Below, piece after piece: positions 1 to 9,954 of a stretch of 64,000 bases of DNA. Both the position numbers and the translations under genes were made by a program. The DNA lies in IMG/VR virus record IMGVR_UViG_3300021373_000005, one strand, 5' to 3'. The first letter of the stretch is position 1, and each line of letters opens with the position of its first letter. The DNA comes from a virus. A model generated the notes under the pieces. The model worked only from the letters and a program-made list of their open reading frames with translations. It did not search any database and was not told the origin of the DNA.

Positions 1-1
1 A

Positions 2-604
2 TTTGAAATTCGTTCAGATGCAAGTACTGCATATAATACAGGACTTGTTCATATTGCTCCTGATGGAACTAAAACAACAGGTGCAAGTGCACAAGGTAAA
101 ACATCAGGTGTTTTATATTGGAAAGTACCTGGCGATATAAGTGGAACATATAAGTATATTTGTACTGTTCACGGTTCAATGATTGGTGATATTGAAATTG
201 CTGACCCATCAGCAAGTGGTGGTGGCGGTTCATTACCAACAAGAACAACAAAGACCACAGTAACAGGTGGTATGACCGCTGACCAAAATGCAAATATTAT
301 TATTGATGGTTTCAAATCATTTGCATTATTTAAAATTGAGACAACGCATGCAGCTTGGGTAAGGTTATATGTTGATACTGCTTCAAGAACAGCAGATGCT
401 TCAAGATTAGAAACAACAGATCCTGCTCCTGATGCAGGTGTGATTGCTGAAGTTATTACAACAGGTGCTGAAACTGTTAAGTTCGGTCCTGGTGTGATAG
501 GTTGGTTAGAATCAGGAAATTCAATTTCCGCGGCTGTTAAAAATAAGTCAGGCGCAACAAATAATGTTGGTGTAACTTTAACTCTTATGCAATTAGAGGC
601 TTAA
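2..604 (+). CDS. 5'-truncated virion/fibre-associated protein with a cupredoxin-like C-x2-H-x2-M motif
   Basis: Frame 2 is open from base 2 (FEIRSDASTAYNTGLVHIAPDG...GTYKYICTVHGSMIGDIEI) into the track ORF 179..604, so the real start lies upstream of the window. YKYICTVHGSMIG resembles the cupredoxin C-terminal ligand loop seen in marine T4-like fibre proteins. Confidence 0.7.
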   Translation, partial: FEIRSDASTAYNTGLVHIAPDGTKTTGASAQGKTSGVLYWKVPGDISGTYKYICTVHGSMIGDIEIADPSASGGGGSLPTRTTKTTVTGGMTADQNANIIIDGFKSFALFKIETTHAAWVRLYVDTASRTADASRLETTDPAPDAGVIAEVITTGAETVKFGPGVIGWLESGNSISAAVKNKSGATNNVGVTLTLMQLEA

Positions 605-608
605 TTAA

Positions 609-2300
609 ATGAAGGAATATATTGTCACTCTTCATAATAGAGAAGACTTAGAGGATTTCTATAATGATATGGAAACTCCAGGAGGTGACTTATACATTCC
701 TGATAGAGCAGTTGACTTACAGTTAAGAAGAGCAATAAGTCGTAATACTCATTACATGTTAACTTTTGAAGAAGCTGAACAATTAAAAGAAGATCCTAGA
801 GTATGGGACGTTACTTCAAAAGATTTATTAGATGCAATTGAATGGAAATCAGAAGGATATACAGAATCAGGAACTTGGAGAAGAGCTGGTCTGGCTGTTC
901 CTCAGGATAATGAAAATAATTGGGGTTTATATCGACATACACAAACTACTAACCCAGGCGGAAACTGGGGGTCAGATGACGTTGCAGATAAGACTGCTTC
1001 TTTTACAATTACAGCATCAGGAAAAAATGTTGATGTATTAATTGTGGATGGAAGTATTACAACAACTGCAGGTAATCATCCAGAGTTTGCCGTCAATCCT
1101 GACGGTACAGGTGGTACAAGAGTTCAATATTTTAATTGGTTCTCATTAACAAATCAATTAGGATTAGGATTTAACGGTACTTACGACTATAACACAATAG
1201 GTTCGGCTTCAGATACAAATCACGGCTGTCACGTCGCAGGAACAGTGGCAGGGAATACTTTAGGTTGGGCAAGAGATGCAAATATTTACAATATAGAATT
1301 TGATTATTTTGGCTCCGTAAACTATGGGCCTATGTCTATGAGTACTATGTGGGATTACATTCGCGAATGGCATAATACAAAACCAATTAATCCAGACACA
1401 GGCCGACGTAATCCTACAATAAGTAATCACAGTTATGGGTCTACTTTTACAAAAGATTCCTTAGTCACAAGTAATCCTAATTATGACGGTATAGGAGCAA
1501 TAAAATACCGCGGTGTTACTCTTGATGAATATAATACTAATGGAAACGATGTAAGTGATGCACAATTAGAAGCAAGAGGTGTTAATGTACCAGCTGACTC
1601 AAATTTTACAATTTCAGCTTACACTACAGATTATGTAGCAGATGTTCAAGATGCTATAAGTGACGGAATTATTATAGTGACCTCAGCTGGAAATCATTCT
1701 CAAAAAAATGTTTTATTTGGTGACCAAGATTATGATAACATATTGTATTTAAGAGAAGATAGTACTTATACTGCTATCGTTTATTCTAATAGGGGTGGCC
1801 AATCGGCTGGAAAAAATGTATCTCAAGCACTCGTAGTAGGGAGCCTTTACCACGACAGCGATGATAAAAAATCTCCTTCATCTGTTTGTGGTAATATTGT
1901 AGATGTATTCGCAGCAGGATATGGTATTATGAGTTCTGTATTAACTGGATCTCGTGCAGACTTAAGAGATAGCAATTTTTACTTATCTAAGTATGGCGGT
2001 TCAAGTATGGCAAGTCCACAGGTGGCAGGTGTATTGGCATTATTTGCTGAAAGTAATCCAAACTTAACAATGTCAGAAGCACACGACTTTATTACAAATA
2101 CAGCAACTCCAAATATAATGCAAGATACAGGAACTGATGATTGTACTGACTTTGAAAGTTTACAAGGAGCAGCAAACAAAATTTTATATTGGATAAACCA
2201 AAGACCTGAAACAGGTTTAAGTTTTCCAAAAATTAATGCAAAAGTAAGACCTAGCTCAGGAAGAACTTGGCCTAGACCAAGAATGAGAGTTAAAGGTTAG
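609..2300 (+). CDS. Subtilisin-like serine peptidase (S8 family) with N-terminal prodomain
   Basis: Catalytic triad motifs in subtilase order: LIVDGS (Asp codon 1047), HGCHVAGTVAG (His 1221), oxyanion SAGN, GSSMASPQVAG (Ser 2004). N-terminal KEYIVTL segment resembles an I9-like prodomain. Confidence 0.92.
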   Translation: MKEYIVTLHNREDLEDFYNDMETPGGDLYIPDRAVDLQLRRAISRNTHYMLTFEEAEQLKEDPRVWDVTSKDLLDAIEWKSEGYTESGTWRRAGLAVPQDNENNWGLYRHTQTTNPGGNWGSDDVADKTASFTITASGKNVDVLIVDGSITTTAGNHPEFAVNPDGTGGTRVQYFNWFSLTNQLGLGFNGTYDYNTIGSASDTNHGCHVAGTVAGNTLGWARDANIYNIEFDYFGSVNYGPMSMSTMWDYIREWHNTKPINPDTGRRNPTISNHSYGSTFTKDSLVTSNPNYDGIGAIKYRGVTLDEYNTNGNDVSDAQLEARGVNVPADSNFTISAYTTDYVADVQDAISDGIIIVTSAGNHSQKNVLFGDQDYDNILYLREDSTYTAIVYSNRGGQSAGKNVSQALVVGSLYHDSDDKKSPSSVCGNIVDVFAAGYGIMSSVLTGSRADLRDSNFYLSKYGGSSMASPQVAGVLALFAESNPNLTMSEAHDFITNTATPNIMQDTGTDDCTDFESLQGAANKILYWINQRPETGLSFPKINAKVRPSSGRTWPRPRMRVKG

Positions 2301-2307
2301 AAACTGG

Positions 2308-2316
2308 TAATAAATA
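2308..2316 (+). promoter_or_regulatory. Putative T4-type late promoter variant (TAATAAATA)
   Basis: Intergenic, just upstream of gp8; one mismatch to TATAAATA. The same variant recurs at 35300, 54882 and 61896. Confidence 0.55.
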
Positions 2317-2344
2317 AACAAAAATATAGAAGAGTTAACTCAAC

Positions 2345-4309
2345 ATGGCAGAAATCTTAACAAACAATTTTAAGAGTGATGTAAATAAAATTTTCATCGC
2401 CGACGCAAAAGCGAACGACAATTATTATATGTTTGTTTCGAGCATTGGAACATTCAACCCAGTTGACTCTGCTGTTTCGCAAAACGAGTTCTTAGAGAAT
2501 ACACTCTTCGCAAAACGAATTGATAATGCAGATATTAATTTTATGATAAAGTATTATCCTTGGCAAAGAGGTGTAGTATATACACAATATGATGATACTG
2601 TTGATTTAGCTGGAACAAACTTTTATGCAGTTGTTGGACCTAATGATAATGACACAGGTGATTATCGAGTTTATAAATGTTTAAATAATGGCTCAGGTGC
2701 AACCGCAGAATCCCCACCAACTTTTGATACTGCTAACTTAAATCAAATATATGAAACTGCAGACGGTTATACATGGAAGTACATGTATCGTTTAACAACA
2801 TTACAGTTTGAAGGTTATAACGCTTTGGGTTATATTCCAATTGACCCAGCAGCAGTCATTGAACCAAATTCAGTTTATGGTGGTGGTATTTCTGATATAC
2901 AAGTTGCGAATCCAATTGCTAACCAAGGTTATCAAATTAAGTTTGGTGTTATGGATTATATCTTCGGTCGAGTAGGTGGTATTAATAATCACGGTGAAGT
3001 TTCAGTTAGTTTAGATCCTGTAAATAATGATTTTTCTTCAATTGACAACTACTATGTTGGTCAATATCTTTATATTACAAACCCAAGCTCAAGTGTTACG
3101 AATTTATTTAAAATAGATTATTATAAATTTAATACTTCTTCTGGTAAAGCAGAAATAAGAGTAGGACCTGAACTTTCAAATCCAAGCAGAGGAAATGTTG
3201 AAGGTGCAACTCAAGCTGACCCAGTTGTTATTACATCAGCAGGTCATAATCTTGTAGCAAGACAACCTATACGTTTTAGAAATGTTGGCGGTATGGTAGA
3301 ATTAAATGATGATGACGGTGACGGAAATCCAGTTTATTATGTTGTACCAATCGACGACGATACGTTTTCTCTTAGGACAAATACTTCACTATCAGAAAAC
3401 TTGGACGGTACCGCGTTTACTGCATTTACATCAGGCGGAACTTGGGAAGCTGATAAAGATTTAATCACTGCAGGAGTTAAAGTAAATGGTCCTGCTAACA
3501 TTATTCCTAGAATTGATATTAAAGGAGATGGTGTCGGAGCTGTAGCAATACCTAATTTAAATGACGATACAATAGAATCAGTCACTGTACTAAATAAAGG
3601 TTCAGGATATACAAATGTAACTGCTAATGTTGTTGACCCTATAGTCGACTTTAATCCTGATGACCCAACAACGACAGATGTAAGATGTGTAATTAAACCA
3701 GTCATTGAACCTAAAGGTGGACACGGATATAATTTAATTGATGAACTCAAATGTAAACATTTTGGAATGTATGCATATATTACTGCAGAAGATAATACAA
3801 AGATAGGTGATGTAAATACCTATGGATCTTTAGGTATTGTAAGAACTCCGTCCTTTAGGGATGTTGGTGCAGGTACATGGAGAAGCGGACAGGCAAATAC
3901 AGCAGTTATACCTGATGTGTTTGATAATAGGATAGCGGTCACAACAGATGATTATGGAAGCCTAACAGCAAATAGTATCGTAACACAAGTTGATGGAAGT
4001 AACGAAATTACATTTACTGCTCAAGTACATGAAATTGATGATACATCAAATACTGTTTTCTTAGCAGAATATATGGGTCCTAATCAAAATAATCTCTTAG
4101 TTGGGAATGGAGATACATCATTTAACCCTAATCTTCAAATTGTCTCAGATACAGGTCAGAGAATCACAATAAATAATCCAGTAGCAGATAATATTGTATA
4201 CTCAGATTATATACAAAGAACAGGTGAAGTATACTTCATGGAAGATTTCTTCCCATTAGCAAGAACCGACTTATCAAGAGAAGAATTTAAGTTTGTATTG
4301 GAATTTTAA
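2345..4309 (+). CDS. gp8: Baseplate wedge subunit, T4 gp8-like
   Basis: gp8 hallmark motifs YPWQRGVVYTQYDD, YRVYKCLNN, SPPT and TADGYTWKYMY; C-terminal YIQRTGEVYFMEDFFPLAR...EEFKFVLEF; position in the structural module. Confidence 0.85.
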   Translation: MAEILTNNFKSDVNKIFIADAKANDNYYMFVSSIGTFNPVDSAVSQNEFLENTLFAKRIDNADINFMIKYYPWQRGVVYTQYDDTVDLAGTNFYAVVGPNDNDTGDYRVYKCLNNGSGATAESPPTFDTANLNQIYETADGYTWKYMYRLTTLQFEGYNALGYIPIDPAAVIEPNSVYGGGISDIQVANPIANQGYQIKFGVMDYIFGRVGGINNHGEVSVSLDPVNNDFSSIDNYYVGQYLYITNPSSSVTNLFKIDYYKFNTSSGKAEIRVGPELSNPSRGNVEGATQADPVVITSAGHNLVARQPIRFRNVGGMVELNDDDGDGNPVYYVVPIDDDTFSLRTNTSLSENLDGTAFTAFTSGGTWEADKDLITAGVKVNGPANIIPRIDIKGDGVGAVAIPNLNDDTIESVTVLNKGSGYTNVTANVVDPIVDFNPDDPTTTDVRCVIKPVIEPKGGHGYNLIDELKCKHFGMYAYITAEDNTKIGDVNTYGSLGIVRTPSFRDVGAGTWRSGQANTAVIPDVFDNRIAVTTDDYGSLTANSIVTQVDGSNEITFTAQVHEIDDTSNTVFLAEYMGPNQNNLLVGNGDTSFNPNLQIVSDTGQRITINNPVADNIVYSDYIQRTGEVYFMEDFFPLARTDLSREEFKFVLEF

Positions 4310-4324
4310 GGAACATAAGCAAAG

Positions 4325-7300
4325 ATGCCTATTAATAAAAATTTAAACATTGCTCCATACTTCGATGACTACGATGTTGAGAAGCAATTTTACAGAGTCA
4401 TGTTCAAACCTGGGTATGCTATTCAGGCAAGAGAGCTTACTCAATTACAAACTATTCTCCAGGGTCAGGTTGAGGCATTTGGCGATAACATATTTAAAGA
4501 AGGTTCAGTTGTAAAAGGATGTAACTTTACTGAACTCGATGATCTTCAGTTTGTAAAAGTAAATGACGGTCCTTCAGGATTTAATGCAGAAGCATATATT
4601 AGTGGACCTGTAGTAGAAAGTATTCAAGGCCAAGATGTTGAACTTGATTATGTTTATGAAGTTGTTGGACAAACAACTGGATTGAGAGCAGAAATTGTTC
4701 AAGCTTCAGTAGGTTTCCAAACAAGACCACCAGATTTAAATACATTTTATATTAACTACTTAAATACAACTTCATTAGCAACTCAATTCCAAGCTGGTGA
4801 AAACCTTGTTATTAATCGACACAAATATTTAAGAGGAACAACAACAGGTACTTTAACAAGTGAAGCTGTTATTACTTCAGGACTTGCAGTAAGTGCAGGT
4901 ATATCAACACCACATGTTGGTAAGTCTTTCGGTATTGAATCTGCTCCTGGTATTATATTCCAAAAAGGTAATTTTATATTCGTTTCAGAACAAAGAATCG
5001 TTGTTGAGAAATATAATAACTTACCTGATGGAAAGTCTGTTGGTTATCAAGTAGATGAATCTTTAGTTAATGCGTTACAAGATGCAAGTCTTTATGATAA
5101 TGCAAACGGTTCTAGAAATGAAAATGCTCCAGGTGCCGACAGATTAAAATTAGTACCAAGATTGGTTGTTGTAGAAACCGCCACGAAAACTTCAGACTTC
5201 TTTACATTAGTTCGTTATCAAAATGGTAATGCAATTACTGTTCGTGACGTTTCACAATACAATGTATTAGGTGAAGAACTTGCTCGAAGAACATATGAAG
5301 AATCAGGAAACTATGTTTTAGAACAATTCCCATTAAGCACGGATGATCGTATTCCAGCAGGTGAAGCAAATACACAGGTTCAAGTTGTCATTGGACCAGG
5401 AACCGCATATGTAAAAGGTTATCGAGTAGAGAATTCTGCTGACCGAGCATTTACTGTTGACCAAATTACAGGCACAGAAGAAATTACAAACCAAAATGTT
5501 TCAATGGAATATGGAAACTATTTTGAAGTAACAGGTGGAGATGGTGGTTCAGGGTGGAATGGAAGATTAGATATTGATATATCAGACCCACCAGCAACTG
5601 CACAAACTTCAGCAGCAGCAACAGTAGGTAGTATCACAATACATAATATTACTCCTACTCGAGTATATGCTCATTCATCTGCATACACAGGTGCTGTAGC
5701 AATTACTGATATGGATAGAATTAATGATGGGAATGGTTATGTACAACTTCAACCTACATCAAGCGGTGCACCATTAATTAAAGAAACAAATAAAAAGGCA
5801 CTTGTATTTGACACAGGTGTAAATGGTTTATTTGGAACAAACAATACATTAGTTCCTGTAAGGGCTCAAGTGGCTGCTACGCATACAAACGGAACAATTA
5901 CTTTAACTGCTAACCCAGGTGAAGATTTTAATTGTCTTAACGATGATATGTTAGTTGTTGATAGTACTTCAGTTCAGCAACCTATCACAAGTTATTCAAC
6001 ATCACTAAATAATTCTCAGCTTGATATTCAAATTTCTAGTGGATCTGCTACTAACGTAACAGTTTATTATAATAAGAGATTAATTGGTTCGTCAGACGGA
6101 ATTGACCCATATAACAAAGTTGTAAGAAGTCCTTATATTAAATTCAATTATGCAGGTGGAACAACTAAGTATAGTTTAGGATTCCCTGATGTATTTGACA
6201 TTATCAGTATTGTAGATTCTTCAGGTGAAGATTATTCAAACAGCTTTAGATTAAAACCAAATCAAAAAGATACATATTACGATATATCTTATTTAGAATA
6301 TATTGAAGGAAGACCTGAACCAACAGGACAAATGACAGTTCAGTTAAAAGTATTTGAAGTAAATACCTCAACTGGTGAATACTTCTTTACAATTAACAGT
6401 TATCCTAATTCATTAGAAGGTTGGGAAATTCCTTCTTATGTATCTTCTTCAGGAACTGTTTATAATTTAAGAGATTGCTTTGACTTCAGAGCTTACAACG
6501 CAAAAGATACAAACGCAGATTATAATAATACATCTGCAGGTTCAGCACCTGTTATAACAGCAACAGTTGGAACTTATGGAATAGATTTTTCAACTTACGG
6601 TGCACCTTTAATTCCTGCAGCTCAACAATCTTTACAAACAGATTTAGAATATTACTTAACAAGAATAGATACACTTGCTTGCGATTCATACGGAAATATT
6701 AGTTTAATCAAAGGTGAAGAAGATAGAAATGCAGTTCCACCAAGATTAGGAACAGACAAGCTTGCGATTGCACATGTTGAAATTCCAACATACCCTGCAC
6801 TATCTAAGAAACAAGCTGAGGTTCTTCGTAAGTCTGATTACGCAATACGACCAAGAGCAACTGGTATTAAAGCTTACACAATGAAAGATATGCACAATCT
6901 TGAGAAGAAGATTGATAATATGGCGTATTATATTTCATTGAACCAATTGGAATCTGAAACTTCAAATTTAGTTATCAGAGACGAACAAGGTTTAAATAGA
7001 TTTAAGAACGGATTTATTGTTGACCCATTTAATGATTTAACATTATCTGAAATAACACACCCACAATTTAATGCTGCAGTACCATTTAATCAAAAGATTT
7101 TAACTCCGTCACTAAAAACATTCGCATTAGATTTAGTCTATGATTCTTCAACAGGTTCTTCTATATTCCCGAACTCTGATGAAGGACAGGTAGCAACAGT
7201 TGGAAGAAATTCTAATGTTTCTATTATTTCACAACCTTACGCTTCTAATTTTAGAAACTGTGTTTCTAATTTTTACAAGTATGTCGGTGATGGAATTATA

Positions 7301-9769
7301 TCTCCACCTTATGATGCTGCTTACGACACAACAGTTAACCCTGCTTCTATTGATATTGATTTAACTACTCCTTTCCAAGAGTTTGTTGATAGTATTCAAT
7401 CGTTCTTACCTATGACTGACACATCGGTGTCAACAGTATTTGAAAGAGACCCAGGTCGACGAGGCCGTCGTGGTGCAGGTACACAAACTCAAACAATCAC
7501 TACAAGAACAAGTGAAATTGTAATTGATAACAGTACAACAACAGAACAGTTTGTTGGAGAATTTGTTTCTGACTTTAGATTCCAACCGTTTATGGCGGCA
7601 AGAGATATTAAAGTGTATATGTCAGGATTAAGACCTAACCAAAGACATTACTTCTTCTTTGATGGAATTGATGTAAATGCTCATGTTATGCCAGGTTCAG
7701 TTACTGCTGATTCTGTAGGAGATGTTCAAAGATTTGGTGAAAAAGGTGCCGCAGTATCAACAGATGCAAATGGTGTATTAAGAGCGGTCTTTGCTTTACC
7801 ACCTGAAACATTCTATGTAGGTGATAGAGTATTAGAAATTGTCGACGTGAATCAATATGAAAGCATTGATTCTGGTTCAACCTCAAAAGGATTCGTTACC
7901 TACCGTGCATACAACTTCAGTGTTGAAAAGACAAGTTTAACAACATCTACAAGAGCACCAAACTTTGATGTAAATACAACAACGTCAGTACGAAATGTTG
8001 CTCGACGTATTCGAGGTCGTGATCCACTTGCACAAACATTCTTTGTTAAGAAAGGTATGGGACAAGGTTCAAATTCAGTTTACTTATCTGATGTTGATAT
8101 TTACTTTAAACGTAAGCCTTCTCAAACTGCAGCAGGTTCAAACGCAAATGCTGCATTGAATGGTGTTAGTGTTCAAATCCGAGAAGTAGTAAACGGTTAT
8201 CCAACAAATCAAATTTTACCTTTCGCAAATGTTCATAAGTTACCTGCTTCGGTATTTACTTCTGAAGATGCTTCGGTAGCAACCAAGTTTACATTTGATG
8301 CACCAGTTAGATTAGATATTGAAAAAGAATACGCAATTGTGATTCAGCCTGATGCATCAGATCCAAATTACTTAGTATATACTTCTAAGGTTGGTGGTAC
8401 TGATTTAACTCCAGGTGATACACAAGGTTCTGCGATTGTTCAGGATTGGGGTGACGGTGTTCTATTTACTTCAACAAATAACTCTGCTTGGAAATCTTAT
8501 CAAGATGAAGATATTAAGTTTACTGTAAATAGACATAACTTTAATTCTTCGGCAGGTACTGTAAAATTAACAAATAACAAAAACGAATTCTTTACAGTAA
8601 ATAATATCACCGGAAGATTTACGGCAGGTGAAACAATTTATCAAGCAAAAGGAACAAGTGCAACAGTTGGATTAACAAATAATAGTAAAACAGTTACAGG
8701 TACTGCCTTATCAAGTGTATACAATGAAGGTGACTTCATGATGATTGAAGGTGGTAATCCAGTTGTGAAAGGATTATATAAAGTTGTCACAATTGTTAAT
8801 GCTGATACATTAACTCTTGATAGACCTTGGCCAATTACAACAGGTTCAGCAAATGCAACTCCTGTCGTAACTGGTGATTTGTGTTTCTATGATTTACGAA
8901 ATCCTTTTGAAATGCATTTAGAAAATTCATCTATAAGTTCAGCAAGAGTATTTACGTTAAGTAATCCTTCTGATAATACTACAGCAATTTATGGTATTGA
9001 TAGTGGTTCATCTGCGGACATTGCATCAATTGATAATATCAACTTAAGTTATATTCAACCAATGATTATGAAAGCATCCGATGATGTTTCAAAGACTACA
9101 TTAAGCGGTGAGTTTGTATCTCCTTCTAATGTAAATACATCATACACAATGCCGATGAAGTTTAATGATAATAATTACTTCAGTAAAAATGGTGTTGTAA
9201 TATACAGTATGTCTAATGATCCTTCAAGAACAAAAGTATTTAATATAAATGTCGGTCTTGAAAATGGAAGTAATGTAACTTCTACACCTTTTGTTGATAT
9301 TGAAGCATCTAAGTTAATTGCATATCAACACAAGATTACTAACAGTGCTGATACAACGGCAAAATATATTAGTAAGACGATTGAGTTATCTGAAGATCTT
9401 GATGCTGAAGATTTCAATTTAATTCTTACAGCTTATCGACCAACAGGAACAGATATTAAAGTTTATATTAAAGCTCAGAATGCTTATGATAATGATGAGT
9501 TTGATAATTTAGCTTGGACTGAATTAGAATTATTTGAAGGAGTAGGTACTTATTCAACAATTACAAACTTACAAGATTACAGAGAACTTAAATTTAGAAT
9601 TAATAAAACAAATAAAACTGGAGGCCTTGCTGCTAATCCGTTTACTTATACTTCACAGGGTGGTGTATTTGAAGGATTTAAGAGATTCCAAATTCGTATA
9701 GATTTATTATCTCCTAACATTCATAATGCCCCAACATTAAAGGACTATCGCGGAATTGCGTTGACATAA
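4325..9769 (+). CDS. Large baseplate/tail structural protein, DUF4815 / VrlC-like
   Basis: N-terminus NLNIAPYFDDYD...FYRVMFKPGYAIQARELTQLQTILQ, plus NENAPGADRLK, ELARRTYEESGNY, RFKNGFIVDPF and DPLAQTF motifs typical of this marine T4-like family; follows gp8. Confidence 0.85.
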   Translation: MPINKNLNIAPYFDDYDVEKQFYRVMFKPGYAIQARELTQLQTILQGQVEAFGDNIFKEGSVVKGCNFTELDDLQFVKVNDGPSGFNAEAYISGPVVESIQGQDVELDYVYEVVGQTTGLRAEIVQASVGFQTRPPDLNTFYINYLNTTSLATQFQAGENLVINRHKYLRGTTTGTLTSEAVITSGLAVSAGISTPHVGKSFGIESAPGIIFQKGNFIFVSEQRIVVEKYNNLPDGKSVGYQVDESLVNALQDASLYDNANGSRNENAPGADRLKLVPRLVVVETATKTSDFFTLVRYQNGNAITVRDVSQYNVLGEELARRTYEESGNYVLEQFPLSTDDRIPAGEANTQVQVVIGPGTAYVKGYRVENSADRAFTVDQITGTEEITNQNVSMEYGNYFEVTGGDGGSGWNGRLDIDISDPPATAQTSAAATVGSITIHNITPTRVYAHSSAYTGAVAITDMDRINDGNGYVQLQPTSSGAPLIKETNKKALVFDTGVNGLFGTNNTLVPVRAQVAATHTNGTITLTANPGEDFNCLNDDMLVVDSTSVQQPITSYSTSLNNSQLDIQISSGSATNVTVYYNKRLIGSSDGIDPYNKVVRSPYIKFNYAGGTTKYSLGFPDVFDIISIVDSSGEDYSNSFRLKPNQKDTYYDISYLEYIEGRPEPTGQMTVQLKVFEVNTSTGEYFFTINSYPNSLEGWEIPSYVSSSGTVYNLRDCFDFRAYNAKDTNADYNNTSAGSAPVITATVGTYGIDFSTYGAPLIPAAQQSLQTDLEYYLTRIDTLACDSYGNISLIKGEEDRNAVPPRLGTDKLAIAHVEIPTYPALSKKQAEVLRKSDYAIRPRATGIKAYTMKDMHNLEKKIDNMAYYISLNQLESETSNLVIRDEQGLNRFKNGFIVDPFNDLTLSEITHPQFNAAVPFNQKILTPSLKTFALDLVYDSSTGSSIFPNSDEGQVATVGRNSNVSIISQPYASNFRNCVSNFYKYVGDGIISPPYDAAYDTTVNPASIDIDLTTPFQEFVDSIQSFLPMTDTSVSTVFERDPGRRGRRGAGTQTQTITTRTSEIVIDNSTTTEQFVGEFVSDFRFQPFMAARDIKVYMSGLRPNQRHYFFFDGIDVNAHVMPGSVTADSVGDVQRFGEKGAAVSTDANGVLRAVFALPPETFYVGDRVLEIVDVNQYESIDSGSTSKGFVTYRAYNFSVEKTSLTTSTRAPNFDVNTTTSVRNVARRIRGRDPLAQTFFVKKGMGQGSNSVYLSDVDIYFKRKPSQTAAGSNANAALNGVSVQIREVVNGYPTNQILPFANVHKLPASVFTSEDASVATKFTFDAPVRLDIEKEYAIVIQPDASDPNYLVYTSKVGGTDLTPGDTQGSAIVQDWGDGVLFTSTNNSAWKSYQDEDIKFTVNRHNFNSSAGTVKLTNNKNEFFTVNNITGRFTAGETIYQAKGTSATVGLTNNSKTVTGTALSSVYNEGDFMMIEGGNPVVKGLYKVVTIVNADTLTLDRPWPITTGSANATPVVTGDLCFYDLRNPFEMHLENSSISSARVFTLSNPSDNTTAIYGIDSGSSADIASIDNINLSYIQPMIMKASDDVSKTTLSGEFVSPSNVNTSYTMPMKFNDNNYFSKNGVVIYSMSNDPSRTKVFNINVGLENGSNVTSTPFVDIEASKLIAYQHKITNSADTTAKYISKTIELSEDLDAEDFNLILTAYRPTGTDIKVYIKAQNAYDNDEFDNLAWTELELFEGVGTYSTITNLQDYRELKFRINKTNKTGGLAANPFTYTSQGGVFEGFKRFQIRIDLLSPNIHNAPTLKDYRGIALT

Positions 9770-9770
9770 T

Positions 9771-9953
9771 ATGGATAATTTAAATAGAGATAAGACTGGT
9801 GCTGTATTAAATACCGACGCAGCTGCGCTGAATAAATATAAGGTAGAAAGGAATTTGTATCGTAAAGTCGATAGAATTCAACAGGACTTATGCGATATTA
9901 AAAAAAGCATAGTTGATATTTACGAAAGAATAGAAAAACTGGAAGAAAGATAA
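9771..9953 (+). CDS. Small coiled-coil hypothetical protein
   Basis: 60 aa, packed 1 nt from both neighbours. RDKTGAVLNTD followed by a heptad-like C-terminus, as in the small genes that follow VrlC-like genes in T4-like phages. Confidence 0.7.
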   Translation: MDNLNRDKTGAVLNTDAAALNKYKVERNLYRKVDRIQQDLCDIKKSIVDIYERIEKLEER

Positions 9954-9954
9954 G

